Assembly: GCA_045651445.1 (NCBI GenBank)
Contig: JAZRSI010000019.1
Coordinates: forward strand, 1-38,730
Direction: 5' to 3'
DNA length: 38,730 nt
Source: Candidatus Enterousia sp.
GTDB taxonomy: Bacteria; Pseudomonadota; Alphaproteobacteria; Rs-D84
Of this stretch, positions 8,710 through 19,055 are shown one piece after another; positions within the stretch are counted from its first letter, which is position 1, and each line of letters begins with the position of its first letter. A program made the position numbers and the translations under genes. The notes beneath the pieces are model-generated. The model saw nothing but the letters and a program-made list of their open reading frames with translations. It was not told the origin of the DNA and searched no databases.

Positions 8710-10416
8710 TTACATTTCAGACGGGATTTTTAGCCCCATTAAATCAATTGTTTTTGCCAGTGTTTCATAGGCGATTTTGGCAATGTGTAAGCGCCCTGCT
8801 CGCACTTCGACCGGCACATCATCACGCAGAATTGGGCAATTATGATAAAATGTATTTATCAATTGACACAAATCATATGCATAGTTTGCAATCATATCTG
8901 TGGCACGATTTTCAAACGCGCTGATAACTGTGCGTTCGAAATCCAGTATTCCAATTAATAAATTGCGTTCGTCTGTGGTCATTGGCATATATGTTGCGTC
9001 TGCATCAAATGTGGCGCGTTTTAATCCGCTGTTCAAACGGACCGCCGTGTACAAGATGTATGGGCCGGTGCGCCCTTCGAAACTGGTAACCGCAGATGGA
9101 TCAAAGATATAATCAGAACGTACGTCGTGCATCAAATCATTGAATTTAACGGCCGCCAGCGCAATAATGCTGATTGTGTCAGCGCTAAGTTTTTTGCCGG
9201 ATTCTGCAACGCGTGCCGCGACCGCTTCGTTGGCGATGTCCAGAACATCATCCAAAGTTGCAGCATTGCCATCGCGAGTTTTAAATGGTTTCCCGTCACG
9301 GCCGTTGATTGTACCGTATCCAATATGTTCCAGATTTTCATAACTGTAAATTCCAGACATTTCTGCAACGCGGAATAACTGTTCAAAGTGCAGACCTTGG
9401 CGTTGGTCTGTGAAATATACGATTTTATTTGGGTTGTCTGTCTGTTTTCTGCAATATATAGCAGCCAAGTCTGTTGAATCGTATGTGTCGGCCCCGCGTG
9501 AATCCAACCACATATAAGGAGGCATAGGCTTGTTATCTGTTTCGCGTTTTACAACGATTATTTGGGCGCCGTCGCTTTCTTCTATCAGATTTTTTGCGGT
9601 TAATATCTTTTCGATTTCATCTAAGTATTTTGCCGCGTTGCGTTCGCCCAGATTGTAATCAAATGGCAAAATGTTTAAACGTTGGACCGTTGCGTACATC
9701 ATATCCATAGAAATCGCCAAGAATTTTTCAAATAACGCAAAATAACCCGCGTGTCCGTTTTGGAACAAAGCCTTGATTTGCTGGGCGTGCGCCTGGAATT
9801 GTGGGTCTTGTTTTGCCAATGCGCTGGCTGCAGGATAATATGTGTTTAATTCAACTGGGTCCAAATCAAAGTCCACTGGTTTTGTTGGGTCAAAATCTTC
9901 TTGAAAATAAGGTAATTCGGGGTGTAATTTTTCAATCCACGCGATAATCAGCGCCATCGGTTTGCCCCAGTCGCCAATATGATTCCAAGAATATGTTGTG
10001 TGCCCCAATGCGCGCGCAATTCTGTTAAATGTGTCGCCAACAATAGATGTGCGCAAATGTCCAATGTGCAGCGTCTTTGCAACATTGTATGCGCCATAGT
10101 CTAAATCAATTGTTTGTGGGTTGTCAGATTTTGGGTTTTGTGGTTCTGTGGCAGAAGCCCATATAAATTCATCTTTTAATTTTATATTGATGAATCCGGG
10201 ACCTGCGACAGATGTTTCCGCCACAAATGGCAATTCCGCCAGTTTTGGTGCGATTTCGGTTGCTAATTCGCGTGGGTTTTTGCCAGCGGATTTTGCCATA
10301 ACCATTGCCGCGTTTGTGGAAAAATCACCAAATTCGCGGTTGCGTGGTACTTCTAGATTAACTTTTGTGCCCAGTTTTTCATTTACTGCGTTTGATACGT
10401 ATTTATACAAGTTCAT
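8710..10416 (-). CDS. argS: Arginine--tRNA ligase
   Basis: FGDFSTNAAM, AGPGFINI, NVAKTLHIGHLR (HIGH), HIGDWG, FKTRDG, FEGRTGPYILY, C-terminal GLKIPSEM. Confidence 0.97.
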   Translation of the reverse strand: MNLYKYVSNAVNEKLGTKVNLEVPRNREFGDFSTNAAMVMAKSAGKNPRELATEIAPKLAELPFVAETSVAGPGFINIKLKDEFIWASATEPQNPKSDNPQTIDLDYGAYNVAKTLHIGHLRTSIVGDTFNRIARALGHTTYSWNHIGDWGKPMALIIAWIEKLHPELPYFQEDFDPTKPVDFDLDPVELNTYYPAASALAKQDPQFQAHAQQIKALFQNGHAGYFALFEKFLAISMDMMYATVQRLNILPFDYNLGERNAAKYLDEIEKILTAKNLIEESDGAQIIVVKRETDNKPMPPYMWLDSRGADTYDSTDLAAIYCRKQTDNPNKIVYFTDQRQGLHFEQLFRVAEMSGIYSYENLEHIGYGTINGRDGKPFKTRDGNAATLDDVLDIANEAVAARVAESGKKLSADTISIIALAAVKFNDLMHDVRSDYIFDPSAVTSFEGRTGPYILYTAVRLNSGLKRATFDADATYMPMTTDERNLLIGILDFERTVISAFENRATDMIANYAYDLCQLINTFYHNCPILRDDVPVEVRAGRLHIAKIAYETLAKTIDLMGLKIPSEM

Positions 10417-10442
10417 TTTTATGCTCTTTTTAAAATATATTT

Positions 10443-11723
10443 TTATATTGGTAATACAATTCTTACTTTTAATCCGCCCAATTCGCTATCTTCCAAGAAT
10501 AATTGTCCGCCGTGGTTTTCGATTGCAGTTTGGGCGATGGATAACCCTAGTCCTGTGCCGCCTGTGTCGGCACGTCGTGCATCGTCAAGACGTACAAATG
10601 GTCGCAATGCATCCTTTTTGCGGTCATCTGGGATTCCGATACCGTCATCTTCGATTGTGATTTCGATTTGTTCATCAGAATCAATTTCGGTTATTTTTAT
10701 CGTTTTCTTGGCATAGCGGGCCGCGTTATCAATAATATTGCTGAATGCACTGGCCAATGCCATTGGACGCGCATAGAATTGCGCAGGTGTATCTGGAAAG
10801 TTTGTTTCAATATTTTTTTCTGGCGCGGCATCGCGTGCAAGACGTGTTAGCATAGGTGGCAATTCAATTGCTTGTTCTATTTCTGGGGCTTCGCCACGCG
10901 CAAATGCCAGATATCCGTTAATCATTTCGGTCATTCTGTCTATGTCGCGAATAAGATCTGTGTCGGTTGCAGTTTTCGTTTCGACTGATAAACGCATACG
11001 GGTTAGTGGCGCTTTTAAGTCATGGCTGACCGCGTTTAACATATCTGTACGTGTGCGATTGTATCTGTCCAGACGTTCCTTCATTGTTATCATTGATTTT
11101 GCGGCTTCGCGGATTTCTTTGGAACCATTTGGTTCAAATCCGGGTGCATCAAGACCACGTCCAAAACGACTGGCGGCCTTGGCAATACGGCGTATGCTGC
11201 GTGTGTGCATAATTATAAATGGTGATATTAATATGGATACAATTAAAATTGACCCAATTAGCCATATGATAAACACTTCTGTACTGGTCGAATATATGCG
11301 GTACAAAGATGTCCCAAATGTTGCAATTTTGTTGTCTTTGGTTGGAATGTCGATAAAAACCAAACGTTTGCCCTTGTCCATATATAATTGTGCGGGACGT
11401 TTTAAGCGTTTGGATAATTCAGATGCTAATTTACCCGTTTCGTGCGCCTTGTTGTCGTTGTGTTTTGGGCGATTTAATTTTTCATTAAATGTAACATTTA
11501 TCCCGATGTCGCGGGCCATTCTTTGAACAGATGCGTCGTCGCCTGAATCCAAGAAATTCATCATAGTTGTTATTTCGCCCGCCAATGTGCGCGCCAATGT
11601 GTCGTGTACGCGCGACCAATGATTGCCAAAGAATGCGTTGGCAACAATTACCTGGGCGATTACAAGCGGAATAAGTATCATTAATATTGTGCGCCATAAA
11701 AAAGAACGTGGTATCAATCGCAT
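10443..11723 (-). CDS. Sensor histidine kinase, EnvZ-like
   Basis: Two TM segments, HAMP region, H-box VSHDLKAPLTRMRL, N box NIIDNA, G boxes EDDGIG/GGTGLGL. Confidence 0.93.
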   Translation of the reverse strand: MRLIPRSFLWRTILMILIPLVIAQVIVANAFFGNHWSRVHDTLARTLAGEITTMMNFLDSGDDASVQRMARDIGINVTFNEKLNRPKHNDNKAHETGKLASELSKRLKRPAQLYMDKGKRLVFIDIPTKDNKIATFGTSLYRIYSTSTEVFIIWLIGSILIVSILISPFIIMHTRSIRRIAKAASRFGRGLDAPGFEPNGSKEIREAAKSMITMKERLDRYNRTRTDMLNAVSHDLKAPLTRMRLSVETKTATDTDLIRDIDRMTEMINGYLAFARGEAPEIEQAIELPPMLTRLARDAAPEKNIETNFPDTPAQFYARPMALASAFSNIIDNAARYAKKTIKITEIDSDEQIEITIEDDGIGIPDDRKKDALRPFVRLDDARRADTGGTGLGLSIAQTAIENHGGQLFLEDSELGGLKVRIVLPI

Positions 11724-12379
11724 ATTGTGTCCATTTTGTTGTCGGGTTGTGATGATGTTTTATTTATTAATTTATATCCCGCACCCCGAATAGTTATTAT
11801 GTCTAAGTTAGATAATACTATATTTAATTTGTTGCGCAAGCGTTTTGCAACCATTGGCGGCGCAGGAACAATATTGCCTATTGGGGTTGTAAGTTTACGT
11901 AATAATTTCTTTTCTTCGCCAGACAATGCCAATATTTTTGCCGTGCCAGATTTTGATATATAAAATTCATTATCAATATAAGTCAGGTTATTAGATATTG
12001 TTTTTTCTGTGCCAGAATCCCTTTTTAGAATATTATTCAAGCGTAATATTAATTCGCGCATCTGAAATGGTTTTGCCAAATAATCGTTGGCCCCATGTGT
12101 CAGGCCGTCTATTGTGTTTTCCGCACCTGTCATCGCAGTCAGCATTAATATAGGTGTCGTATCGCCGCCAGAACGCATTTGTTTCAGAAAAGATAAACCG
12201 TCTTGTCCGGTCATCATTCTATCCAAGATAATACCATCAACAGATATTCTGGATAAGATATCGGTGGCGACTTCTGCGGATTGTGCGGTTAGAATATTAA
12301 AATCTTCGTTACGCAACCCTTGGGCCAAGGTGTTGCGCAAGACGTCGTCATCGTCAATAATAAGAATCGTTTTTTTCAT
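11714..12379 (-). CDS. OmpR-family response regulator with shortened winged helix
   Basis: Likely start MKKTILIIDDDD at 12379; phospho-Asp ILDRMM, LTAM, GANDYLAKPF, terminal TIRGAGYKL; overlaps the kinase start. Confidence 0.92.
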   Translation of the reverse strand: MKKTILIIDDDDVLRNTLAQGLRNEDFNILTAQSAEVATDILSRISVDGIILDRMMTGQDGLSFLKQMRSGGDTTPILMLTAMTGAENTIDGLTHGANDYLAKPFQMRELILRLNNILKRDSGTEKTISNNLTYIDNEFYISKSGTAKILALSGEEKKLLRKLTTPIGNIVPAPPMVAKRLRNKLNIVLSNLDIITIRGAGYKLINKTSSQPDNKMDTICD

Positions 12380-12448
12380 TTGCGTTATGATTTCAGTGTA
12401 TCGATTCCTGATTTCTGGAATCATAAACCATAAATCAGAAATCGCAAA

Positions 12449-13420
12449 TTATTTTTTCAGTGGTTGTACCGCATATTCGCCAGGTTGGATGGTGCGCATC
12501 GAATTGCTTGGCCCTATTATGTCTTCTTCTTCGACTTCGATAGATTCTGTGGTGGTTGCACGGAATGTCATACCGCTGGTTGCGAATTCCGTTTTAAATA
12601 ATGCGTATCCTGTGCCACCACCAGTCGTTGGCCCTTGCATTCCCAAAGAATAATATCCACCCAAAATGCCATAGTCCAAGTCAATGTAGTCAATGCTGAC
12701 GATTAAAGATACACTGCTGATGCCATCACTGGTCATATTACAGGAAAATTCGCGGTTGGATAAAACGGCTTCGGAATTAATGGGTACCATTATGTCCATA
12801 ACAGTTGGTTCACAACGTCTGTCAATTCCATTAACCAAAAATTCGTAAGTCATACCAACTGTTGCCTTGGATAGGCCCGTTGAAACACTGACTTGTGAAA
12901 TTGTCGCCTTGGGGATTTTGACCATCGCGTTTGCAATACCGCTACGAACAGGGAAAGATATCCCAGATTGCAAGCAATCGCGTGAAAAAGGATCGGCTTC
13001 GCAAATATAAACGCGTGAGTGCGCGTTCATCATGAACATATTAGATAGACTATTAAATAAAAATGTGCGTGTAATACGGTCGTTCAAGCGTGTGCAACCA
13101 AAGTTACGACAAATAACCATAGGACGGTTTGCAAACATTACGCCGGGATGCTGACGTTCTTCGGCCATACGGGCATTGATAATGTTCTTGTCATAATCAA
13201 GACTGTCTGCGCGTTCCATAAATTCTGTTTCTGGAATGAAATTAGGATCGTCTGGGTATGCGTAATACGACTGAACAGGTGTTTTAGTGTAGATGGTTTG
13301 GTATTCTTCCTGATAGACTTCTTGGGCCGCATAGGCAGAAAATCCCGCAAAAATAGAACAAATTGCAATAAAAATTGATATCAACATTATATGACCTCTG
13401 GTTCTCCTTGGGTAAATCAT
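12449..13420 (-). CDS. Exported hypothetical protein, 6 Cys in the mature part
   Basis: Signal peptide (...FAGFSAYA-AQ), beta-rich mature region; start could be the second Met. Confidence 0.8.
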   Translation of the reverse strand: MIYPRRTRGHIMLISIFIAICSIFAGFSAYAAQEVYQEEYQTIYTKTPVQSYYAYPDDPNFIPETEFMERADSLDYDKNIINARMAEERQHPGVMFANRPMVICRNFGCTRLNDRITRTFLFNSLSNMFMMNAHSRVYICEADPFSRDCLQSGISFPVRSGIANAMVKIPKATISQVSVSTGLSKATVGMTYEFLVNGIDRRCEPTVMDIMVPINSEAVLSNREFSCNMTSDGISSVSLIVSIDYIDLDYGILGGYYSLGMQGPTTGGGTGYALFKTEFATSGMTFRATTTESIEVEEEDIIGPSNSMRTIQPGEYAVQPLKK

Positions 13421-13527
13421 AAAACATTTTAACTAATTGTGTCAAAGCAAAAATATTTTTATTGAAATTTGATGTGCGTTTGTTCTAAGTTAGTGATAAT
13501 TAATTATGTAAAAAAAGGAAATAAGTT

Positions 13528-14187
13528 ATGGTTGATATCATAATTTCTGGGGAAAATGGTAAATTACACGCTGTGTATCATAAGTCTGCCCAAGAAGCGG
13601 CGCCTTTGGCGGTTATTCTATCTGGGAATCCACGTCAGAAGTTTCATATGAACGACAGGGTTTCTTATGCGATGTTCCGTGCGTTTATGGATATTGGTTT
13701 TTCCGTTGTGCGTTTCAATTATCGTGGTGTTGGGGATTCCGATGGTGTAATTGGCACGACGTCTGAGAATATGCTTGACATCGCAACTGTAATTGATTGG
13801 ATTCAAAATCATAACGAAGATAGTGATAAAATCTGGTTGGCGGGGAATCATTTGGGGGCGTGGTATGTTTTACAGGCTATGATGCGCCGACCTGAAATTT
13901 CTGGGTTTGCGCTGGTGTCGCCAGATACAACGATTTCTGACTTTGCATTTTTGTCCCCACGTCCAAATCGTGGATTGTTATTGCAGGGTGCCGCAGAAAC
14001 AGATGAAGCGCGCGCGTTTGCAACACACCTGACCCAGGTTTTGAAAAAGCAAGCGCAGATAGACTTGGAAACAATTCGGGTCAAGGGTGCAGATGCTTTA
14101 TATAGTCAACCGGCGGATTTGCGTCAGATGTATAATGATTTAAAGGCCTATGTGGGACGTGAAAACGCAGAAGATAAGTTGTTGTAA
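13528..14187 (+). CDS. Alpha/beta hydrolase-fold protein, apparently catalytically degenerate
   Basis: [17 protein letters not shown] and [14 protein letters not shown]...DFAFLSP match the small conserved alphaproteobacterial hydrolase; nucleophile elbow reads GNHLG. Confidence 0.85.
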   Translation: MVDIIISGENGKLHAVYHKSAQEAAPLAVILSGNPRQKFHMNDRVSYAMFRAFMDIGFSVVRFNYRGVGDSDGVIGTTSENMLDIATVIDWIQNHNEDSDKIWLAGNHLGAWYVLQAMMRRPEISGFALVSPDTTISDFAFLSPRPNRGLLLQGAAETDEARAFATHLTQVLKKQAQIDLETIRVKGADALYSQPADLRQMYNDLKAYVGRENAEDKLL

Positions 14188-14189
14188 TT

Positions 14190-15179
14190 ATGCAAAACAA
14201 AGAACGTTTTTTGGATGCAAATATTCCAGATGATATGGCGGCGACTATTCGTCCGCGTACGTTGTCTGATTTTATTGGTCATGATAGTTTAAAGCAGAAT
14301 TTGTCTGTGTTCGTGTCGGGTGCGCGTTCGCGTGGCGAAGCAATGGATCATGTCTTGTTGTATGGCCCCCCAGGGCTTGGGAAAACGACATTGGCGCATA
14401 TTGTCGCAAATGAATTGGGAACAAATTTTCGCGCGACGGCGGCGCCTATGTTGACAAAACAAGGTGATTTGGCGGCGATATTAACATCGCTTGAGCCAAT
14501 GGATGTTTTGTTTATTGATGAAATTCATCGTTTGCCAACGGCAATTGAAGAAGTTCTGTATTCTGCGATGGAAGATTTCAAATTGGATATTATGTTGGGC
14601 GAAGGGCCAAGTGCCAAAAGTGTGCGAATTGACCTGCCCCCATTTACGTTGGTTGGGGCGACGACACGTACGGGGTTGTTGTCTAATCCTTTGCGCGACC
14701 GATTTGGTATTGATTTACGTTTGACGTTTTATTCGCCCGAAGATTTGGCAAGAATTATTGAACGTAGCGCAAATATTTTGGGAATGCCAATTGATGCACA
14801 AGGTGCGTTAATGCTGGCGAAATCTGCACGTGGGACACCGCGTATTGCAAATCGTCTGTTAAAGCGCGCGCGTGATTTTGCAGGGGCGTTGTCAAAAAGT
14901 CAAATAACCGCCGATATTATCAAAACAACCCTGTTCCAATTGCATATTGACGAATGTGGTTTGGATGAAATTGACCGCGAATATATGAATACGATTATAA
15001 AGTTCTATGCGGGTGGTCCTGTTGGGATTGAAAATCTGGCGGCGGCATTATCAGAACCGGCGGACACAATCGAAGATGTGATTGAACCATACTTGATGCA
15101 GCTTGGGTTTGTTCAGCGTACACCACGCGGTCGTGTTATTACAGATTTAGGGTATGCGCATCTGGGACTGGAAAAATGA
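14190..15179 (+). CDS. ruvB: Holliday junction helicase RuvB
   Basis: [68 protein letters not shown]. Confidence 0.98.
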   Translation: MQNKERFLDANIPDDMAATIRPRTLSDFIGHDSLKQNLSVFVSGARSRGEAMDHVLLYGPPGLGKTTLAHIVANELGTNFRATAAPMLTKQGDLAAILTSLEPMDVLFIDEIHRLPTAIEEVLYSAMEDFKLDIMLGEGPSAKSVRIDLPPFTLVGATTRTGLLSNPLRDRFGIDLRLTFYSPEDLARIIERSANILGMPIDAQGALMLAKSARGTPRIANRLLKRARDFAGALSKSQITADIIKTTLFQLHIDECGLDEIDREYMNTIIKFYAGGPVGIENLAAALSEPADTIEDVIEPYLMQLGFVQRTPRGRVITDLGYAHLGLEK

Positions 15180-15784
15180 AAAAAATCATAGATTTTTTTG
15201 CCATCGCAGAAAAATTAGAGTGCGAATATCGTCTGACCCGTATGTCGGATGGTATGCCCCAGGCAGTTGCATCACATTCGTGGAATATGGCGATGATGGC
15301 GATGGTATTGCAGCCCTATTTCCAAAATGATTATGATATGCAACGCGTTATAGAATTGTGTTTAATTCACGATTTGCCCGAAGCGATTTCACACGATGTG
15401 CCGTTGCATAAACAAACACCCCAGGTGCGTCTGGAAAAGCATACCGCAGAAACAGCAGCAATAAAACAAATTATGGATATTGTGCAGAACGAACGTATTG
15501 CGGGGTTGTTTGCGGAATACGATGCGCGGCAATCCCCAGAATCACAACTGGTCAAGGCGTTGGATGTTATGGATACAGGTGTTCAACATATGTGCGCCAA
15601 GGATTTGGCGTATATTAGCAGTTTTGATAATGGTTTTTATTGGAAATTATTCTTTGGTGATGAATTTGCCAAAATATTTGATTTTGAGCCTGTATTGCGA
15701 CGTGTTTTGGATGAAATCCGTGGCTGTGTATCGAAACGATTAAAAGAAGAATTGAATATTGATGTGGGGGATTTTGTAAAATGA
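15176..15784 (+). CDS. HD-domain phosphohydrolase (HDDC2/YfbR-like nucleotidase)
   Basis: R...[23 protein letters not shown]; ATGA overlaps with both neighbours. Confidence 0.88.
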   Translation: MKKIIDFFAIAEKLECEYRLTRMSDGMPQAVASHSWNMAMMAMVLQPYFQNDYDMQRVIELCLIHDLPEAISHDVPLHKQTPQVRLEKHTAETAAIKQIMDIVQNERIAGLFAEYDARQSPESQLVKALDVMDTGVQHMCAKDLAYISSFDNGFYWKLFFGDEFAKIFDFEPVLRRVLDEIRGCVSKRLKEELNIDVGDFVK

Positions 15785-16155
15785 AAGTGCATAAATTTCC
15801 GTTCACAATTGCATATGCCGATACCGATGCCGAAGGGATTGTTTATCATGCGCGATACCTTGAAATCGCAGAACGTGCGCGTATGAATTGGCTGCGCGGA
15901 CATGTGGTTGTTGGCGATGATATTGGTTTTGTCGTACGTGAATTAAATATTAAATATATGGCACCGTTATATGCGGGGGAAGATTTATTTGTTGAAACAC
16001 AAATGGTGGACGTTGGGGCGGCCGTTGTAAAAATTGAACAAAAATTCGTGAAAGATGGGATTGTTTGTGCTATAATAAACCTAAAAGTGGCTTATTTGGG
16101 GGCTGATATGCGTCCTAAACGAATTCCGTCTGAATTTATCGACGGTTTGGTATAA
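15781..16155 (+). CDS. ybgC: Tol-Pal-associated acyl-CoA thioesterase YbgC
   Basis: YADTDAEGIVYHARYLEIAERAR hotdog motif; immediately before tolQ. Confidence 0.9.
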   Translation: MKVHKFPFTIAYADTDAEGIVYHARYLEIAERARMNWLRGHVVVGDDIGFVVRELNIKYMAPLYAGEDLFVETQMVDVGAAVVKIEQKFVKDGIVCAIINLKVAYLGADMRPKRIPSEFIDGLV

Positions 16156-16179
16156 AAATAAAAGGCAAGGAAGGTAAAA

Positions 16180-16671
16180 ATGGGAAATAATTTTTCGTTA
16201 TTAAGTTTGTTCACAAGTGATGTGATGACAATCTTTGTATCGTTGGTGTTGGTTGGTTTTAGTGTTTTTTCATGGGCGGTAATTATTGAAAAAATTCGTC
16301 TGTGGAAAATTGTAAAACGCAATCCTGTTTCTGTTAAGGTGGATAGTAATCTTGATACCTTTGCGGACAAGGCAATTAAACCATTTGATAAAAATTTATG
16401 GTTTTTGTCGATGGTTGCGTATATTTCACCCTTTATCGGTTTGTTTGGGACAGTTTGGGGGGTTATGGATTCGTTTGCGTCAATTGGCGTTAATCAATCG
16501 GTAAGCATTGGTGTTATTGCGCCTGGGTTGGCGGTGGCATTGGGGACGACCGCGTTGGGGTTAATTGCGGCTGTGCCTGCGGCAATCGCGCATCAGTCGT
16601 TTGCAAAAAAGTCAGATGATTTATATGACAAATTGGTTCAAGACGTGCGTGAAATTAAGTGTAAAAAATAA
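16180..16671 (+). CDS. tolQ: TolQ (MotA/TolQ/ExbB), shortened
   Basis: SPFIGLFGTVWGVMDSF and APGLAVALGTTALGLIAAVPA; synteny. Confidence 0.88.
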   Translation: MGNNFSLLSLFTSDVMTIFVSLVLVGFSVFSWAVIIEKIRLWKIVKRNPVSVKVDSNLDTFADKAIKPFDKNLWFLSMVAYISPFIGLFGTVWGVMDSFASIGVNQSVSIGVIAPGLAVALGTTALGLIAAVPAAIAHQSFAKKSDDLYDKLVQDVREIKCKK

Positions 16672-16688
16672 TTTGGGGGATTTTATAA

Positions 16689-17087
16689 ATGTCTAGAATA
16701 AGACGTAGGCAATCAGATGGTGGAATTCAGTTAACGCCAATGATTGATGTTATGACGGTGTTATTGGCGGTATTTATGGTTACAACCCCAATGATGACGA
16801 CCGGAATAGATTTAGAACTGCCGCGCGCCGGCGCATCTGCGATGACGGGAAACGATCATGCTATTCAGATTAGTGTTGATGCAAATGGTAATTATTATTT
16901 GTCTGAAATGAAACTGACACGTGATGATGTTGTAAAGCGTGCAGTGGCAATGCGTGGTGAAAATCCTAATTTGACGATAATGATAAGTGGGGATACGCAT
17001 ACTGATTATGGTGCGGTTATGTCTATGATGGGGCGGTTAAAGGATGCCGGTTTTCAAAAGGTAGGTTTGCGTACACAGCCTGAATAA
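16689..17087 (+). CDS. tolR: TolR (ExbD/TolR)
   Basis: IQLTPMIDVMTVLLAVFMVTTPM with the essential Asp; GD...YGAVM..M..L..AG..KVGL. Confidence 0.9.
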   Translation: MSRIRRRQSDGGIQLTPMIDVMTVLLAVFMVTTPMMTTGIDLELPRAGASAMTGNDHAIQISVDANGNYYLSEMKLTRDDVVKRAVAMRGENPNLTIMISGDTHTDYGAVMSMMGRLKDAGFQKVGLRTQPE

Positions 17088-17089
17088 AA

Positions 17090-17848
17090 ATGAATAAACG
17101 TTGGAAAAGATTTAATTCAGAAAATTTATTAATGTCGATTTGTGGACATTTGTTTTTGGTGGCAATAATGATTGCGTCGGTTGCAATTGTTTTGGAACGT
17201 GCGCAGTTGGTCGCACCTGACAGAATTCAAATAATTGAAATCGATTTAGATGATATCAAGGTTTCGGGGGATGAAACAAAATTGTATAATGTTGGAAATC
17301 CCGAACCAAAACAGCAGGCAGAAAAGCAGACGTCTGCAAAAAAAGATAAACAAGTAGAAAGTATAGAAAAAGTTGAAATCGAAAAACCAACATTGGTTGA
17401 CGAAGAAGAAAAGAAAGAAGATTTAGAAAAAGAAGATAAAGACATCACGAACAAAGAAGAAAAGAAGATAGAAAACGCCCCAAAGAAAAAGAAAGTAATT
17501 CGCGTCAATCGCGAGGTTTTATCACTGGACCGTACGTTGACGGTTTCTGTGGTGGATGCGTTGCGTGTTGCAATGACACGTTGTTGGGTAATTGATAGTG
17601 CGCGTCCCGATATTGCGGATATTCGTGCAGTTGCGCATTTGAAGATGCGTAAAAATGGAACGGTTCAGGATGTTTGGTTTGAATCTGAATCGCGTGCAGA
17701 AACAGATGCGGGGTTTTCATATGTCCTTGAAACGATTAAATCTGCGATTAATGTTTGTCAGCCATTTCGTATGTTACCACAAAATGAATTTGACAAATGG
17801 CAAAAAATACAGTTAACTTTCTATCCGACACAGGGTAAGGTTATGTAA
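17090..17848 (+). CDS. tolA: TolA/TonB-like energy transducer
   Basis: TM with S-x3-H (SICGHLF), K/E-rich linker, C-terminal CW...C.PF..LP...W..I.LTF.P domain of alphaproteobacterial TolA; follows tolR. Confidence 0.8.
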   Translation: MNKRWKRFNSENLLMSICGHLFLVAIMIASVAIVLERAQLVAPDRIQIIEIDLDDIKVSGDETKLYNVGNPEPKQQAEKQTSAKKDKQVESIEKVEIEKPTLVDEEEKKEDLEKEDKDITNKEEKKIENAPKKKKVIRVNREVLSLDRTLTVSVVDALRVAMTRCWVIDSARPDIADIRAVAHLKMRKNGTVQDVWFESESRAETDAGFSYVLETIKSAINVCQPFRMLPQNEFDKWQKIQLTFYPTQGKVM

Positions 17849-17892
17849 GTTCATAAAACCAAGTGGAGAGAGTACGAACACGAGGTTATATT

Positions 17893-19026
17893 ATGACAGA
17901 TTGGTATTCTGAAAACTGGTATCAGGCAACGGAAAAGTTTTTCAAGGCGGCACAACAGCGTGGCGAATTAAAGTGGTGCAGCGCAAATAATCATAGTTTC
18001 GATATTCCCTATGTAAAAATCGGGAATGGCCCAAACAAGGTCGTTATAAATTCCGGTGTTCATGGAATCGAAGGATATTTTGGCAGTGCGGCGCAAAATA
18101 TGTTCTTGGATACGTTTGGGGCAACCCTGCCACAAGAATTGTTGGCGCATTATACTTTTGTTTTAATCCATGTGATTAATGGTTGGGGAATGCAAAATCG
18201 TATGCGTGAAGTCATGGATACAACGCGTGGCGGCTTGGTTGATTTAAATCGTAATTTCGGGGTCGATTTCGAAAATAAAAGCGCCCTGCCCCAAAATCCA
18301 AAGTATAATATTGCGCATGATTTATTATTGTCAAAACCTGATAAAGTCGAAAAGAAAAATGCTATCAAGGAATTCCGCAGTAATCATTTGAAAGATGGTG
18401 TTTGGTCCGCAATTGCCAATGGGCAATATGTGCATCCGTATGGGTTGTTTTATGGTGGTGCCGCGCCAATGACTGAAAATAAGATGACAATGAAAATTTA
18501 TGATGAAATTATGCAGGATGCTGCGTCCCTGATTTCAATTGGATTGCATACCGGGTTGGGCAAATTTGACAGAAAAAATGGGATTGTTTCGTCTGATTTG
18601 TTGGTTTCGCATCCGAAAAATCATAAGAATACTAAATTTTTCCAAAATGTTTTTTCTAAAACAAATATCGTTCACGATGACAAGGCTGTAAATGGGCCAA
18701 CATTGTTGGGGGATTTGGTGGATTGTTTGGAAAGCAGATATGGTGGTAAAAATGGTGTGCCGGTATATACCGCGGATTTCGAAATCGGAACTGGCGAATA
18801 TCCAATTATGTCCCCAATATACAAGCGTATGGATATGGGGGATGCGCGTTATGATTTGTTAAAATATGGGAAAATTAATCCGCAAACGTGGAATAATTTA
18901 ACAGAAAGTTGGTACCCATCAGATATAAAATGGCGTAATGCCGCATTGCGACGCGCGTTTATCATGTATGCAGAATTGCTGTATTATTTAGGTAAAGTTG
19001 AAAAAATTAAAAGAAATATAAAATAA
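17893..19026 (+). CDS. M14-like zinc metallopeptidase (DUF2817-like)
   Basis: SGVHGIEG (HxxE), INGWG, VDLNRNF, LHTGLG; ATG 17893 preceded by GAGG. Confidence 0.82.
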   Translation: MTDWYSENWYQATEKFFKAAQQRGELKWCSANNHSFDIPYVKIGNGPNKVVINSGVHGIEGYFGSAAQNMFLDTFGATLPQELLAHYTFVLIHVINGWGMQNRMREVMDTTRGGLVDLNRNFGVDFENKSALPQNPKYNIAHDLLLSKPDKVEKKNAIKEFRSNHLKDGVWSAIANGQYVHPYGLFYGGAAPMTENKMTMKIYDEIMQDAASLISIGLHTGLGKFDRKNGIVSSDLLVSHPKNHKNTKFFQNVFSKTNIVHDDKAVNGPTLLGDLVDCLESRYGGKNGVPVYTADFEIGTGEYPIMSPIYKRMDMGDARYDLLKYGKINPQTWNNLTESWYPSDIKWRNAALRRAFIMYAELLYYLGKVEKIKRNIK

Positions 19027-19054
19027 AAAAATCACGCGCCCTTGGGCGCGTGTT
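19025..19054. terminator. Terminator between convergent peptidase gene and rnpB
   Basis: cacgcgccc-tt-gggcgcgtg with a minus-strand U-tract. Confidence 0.75.
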
Positions 19055-19055
19055 G

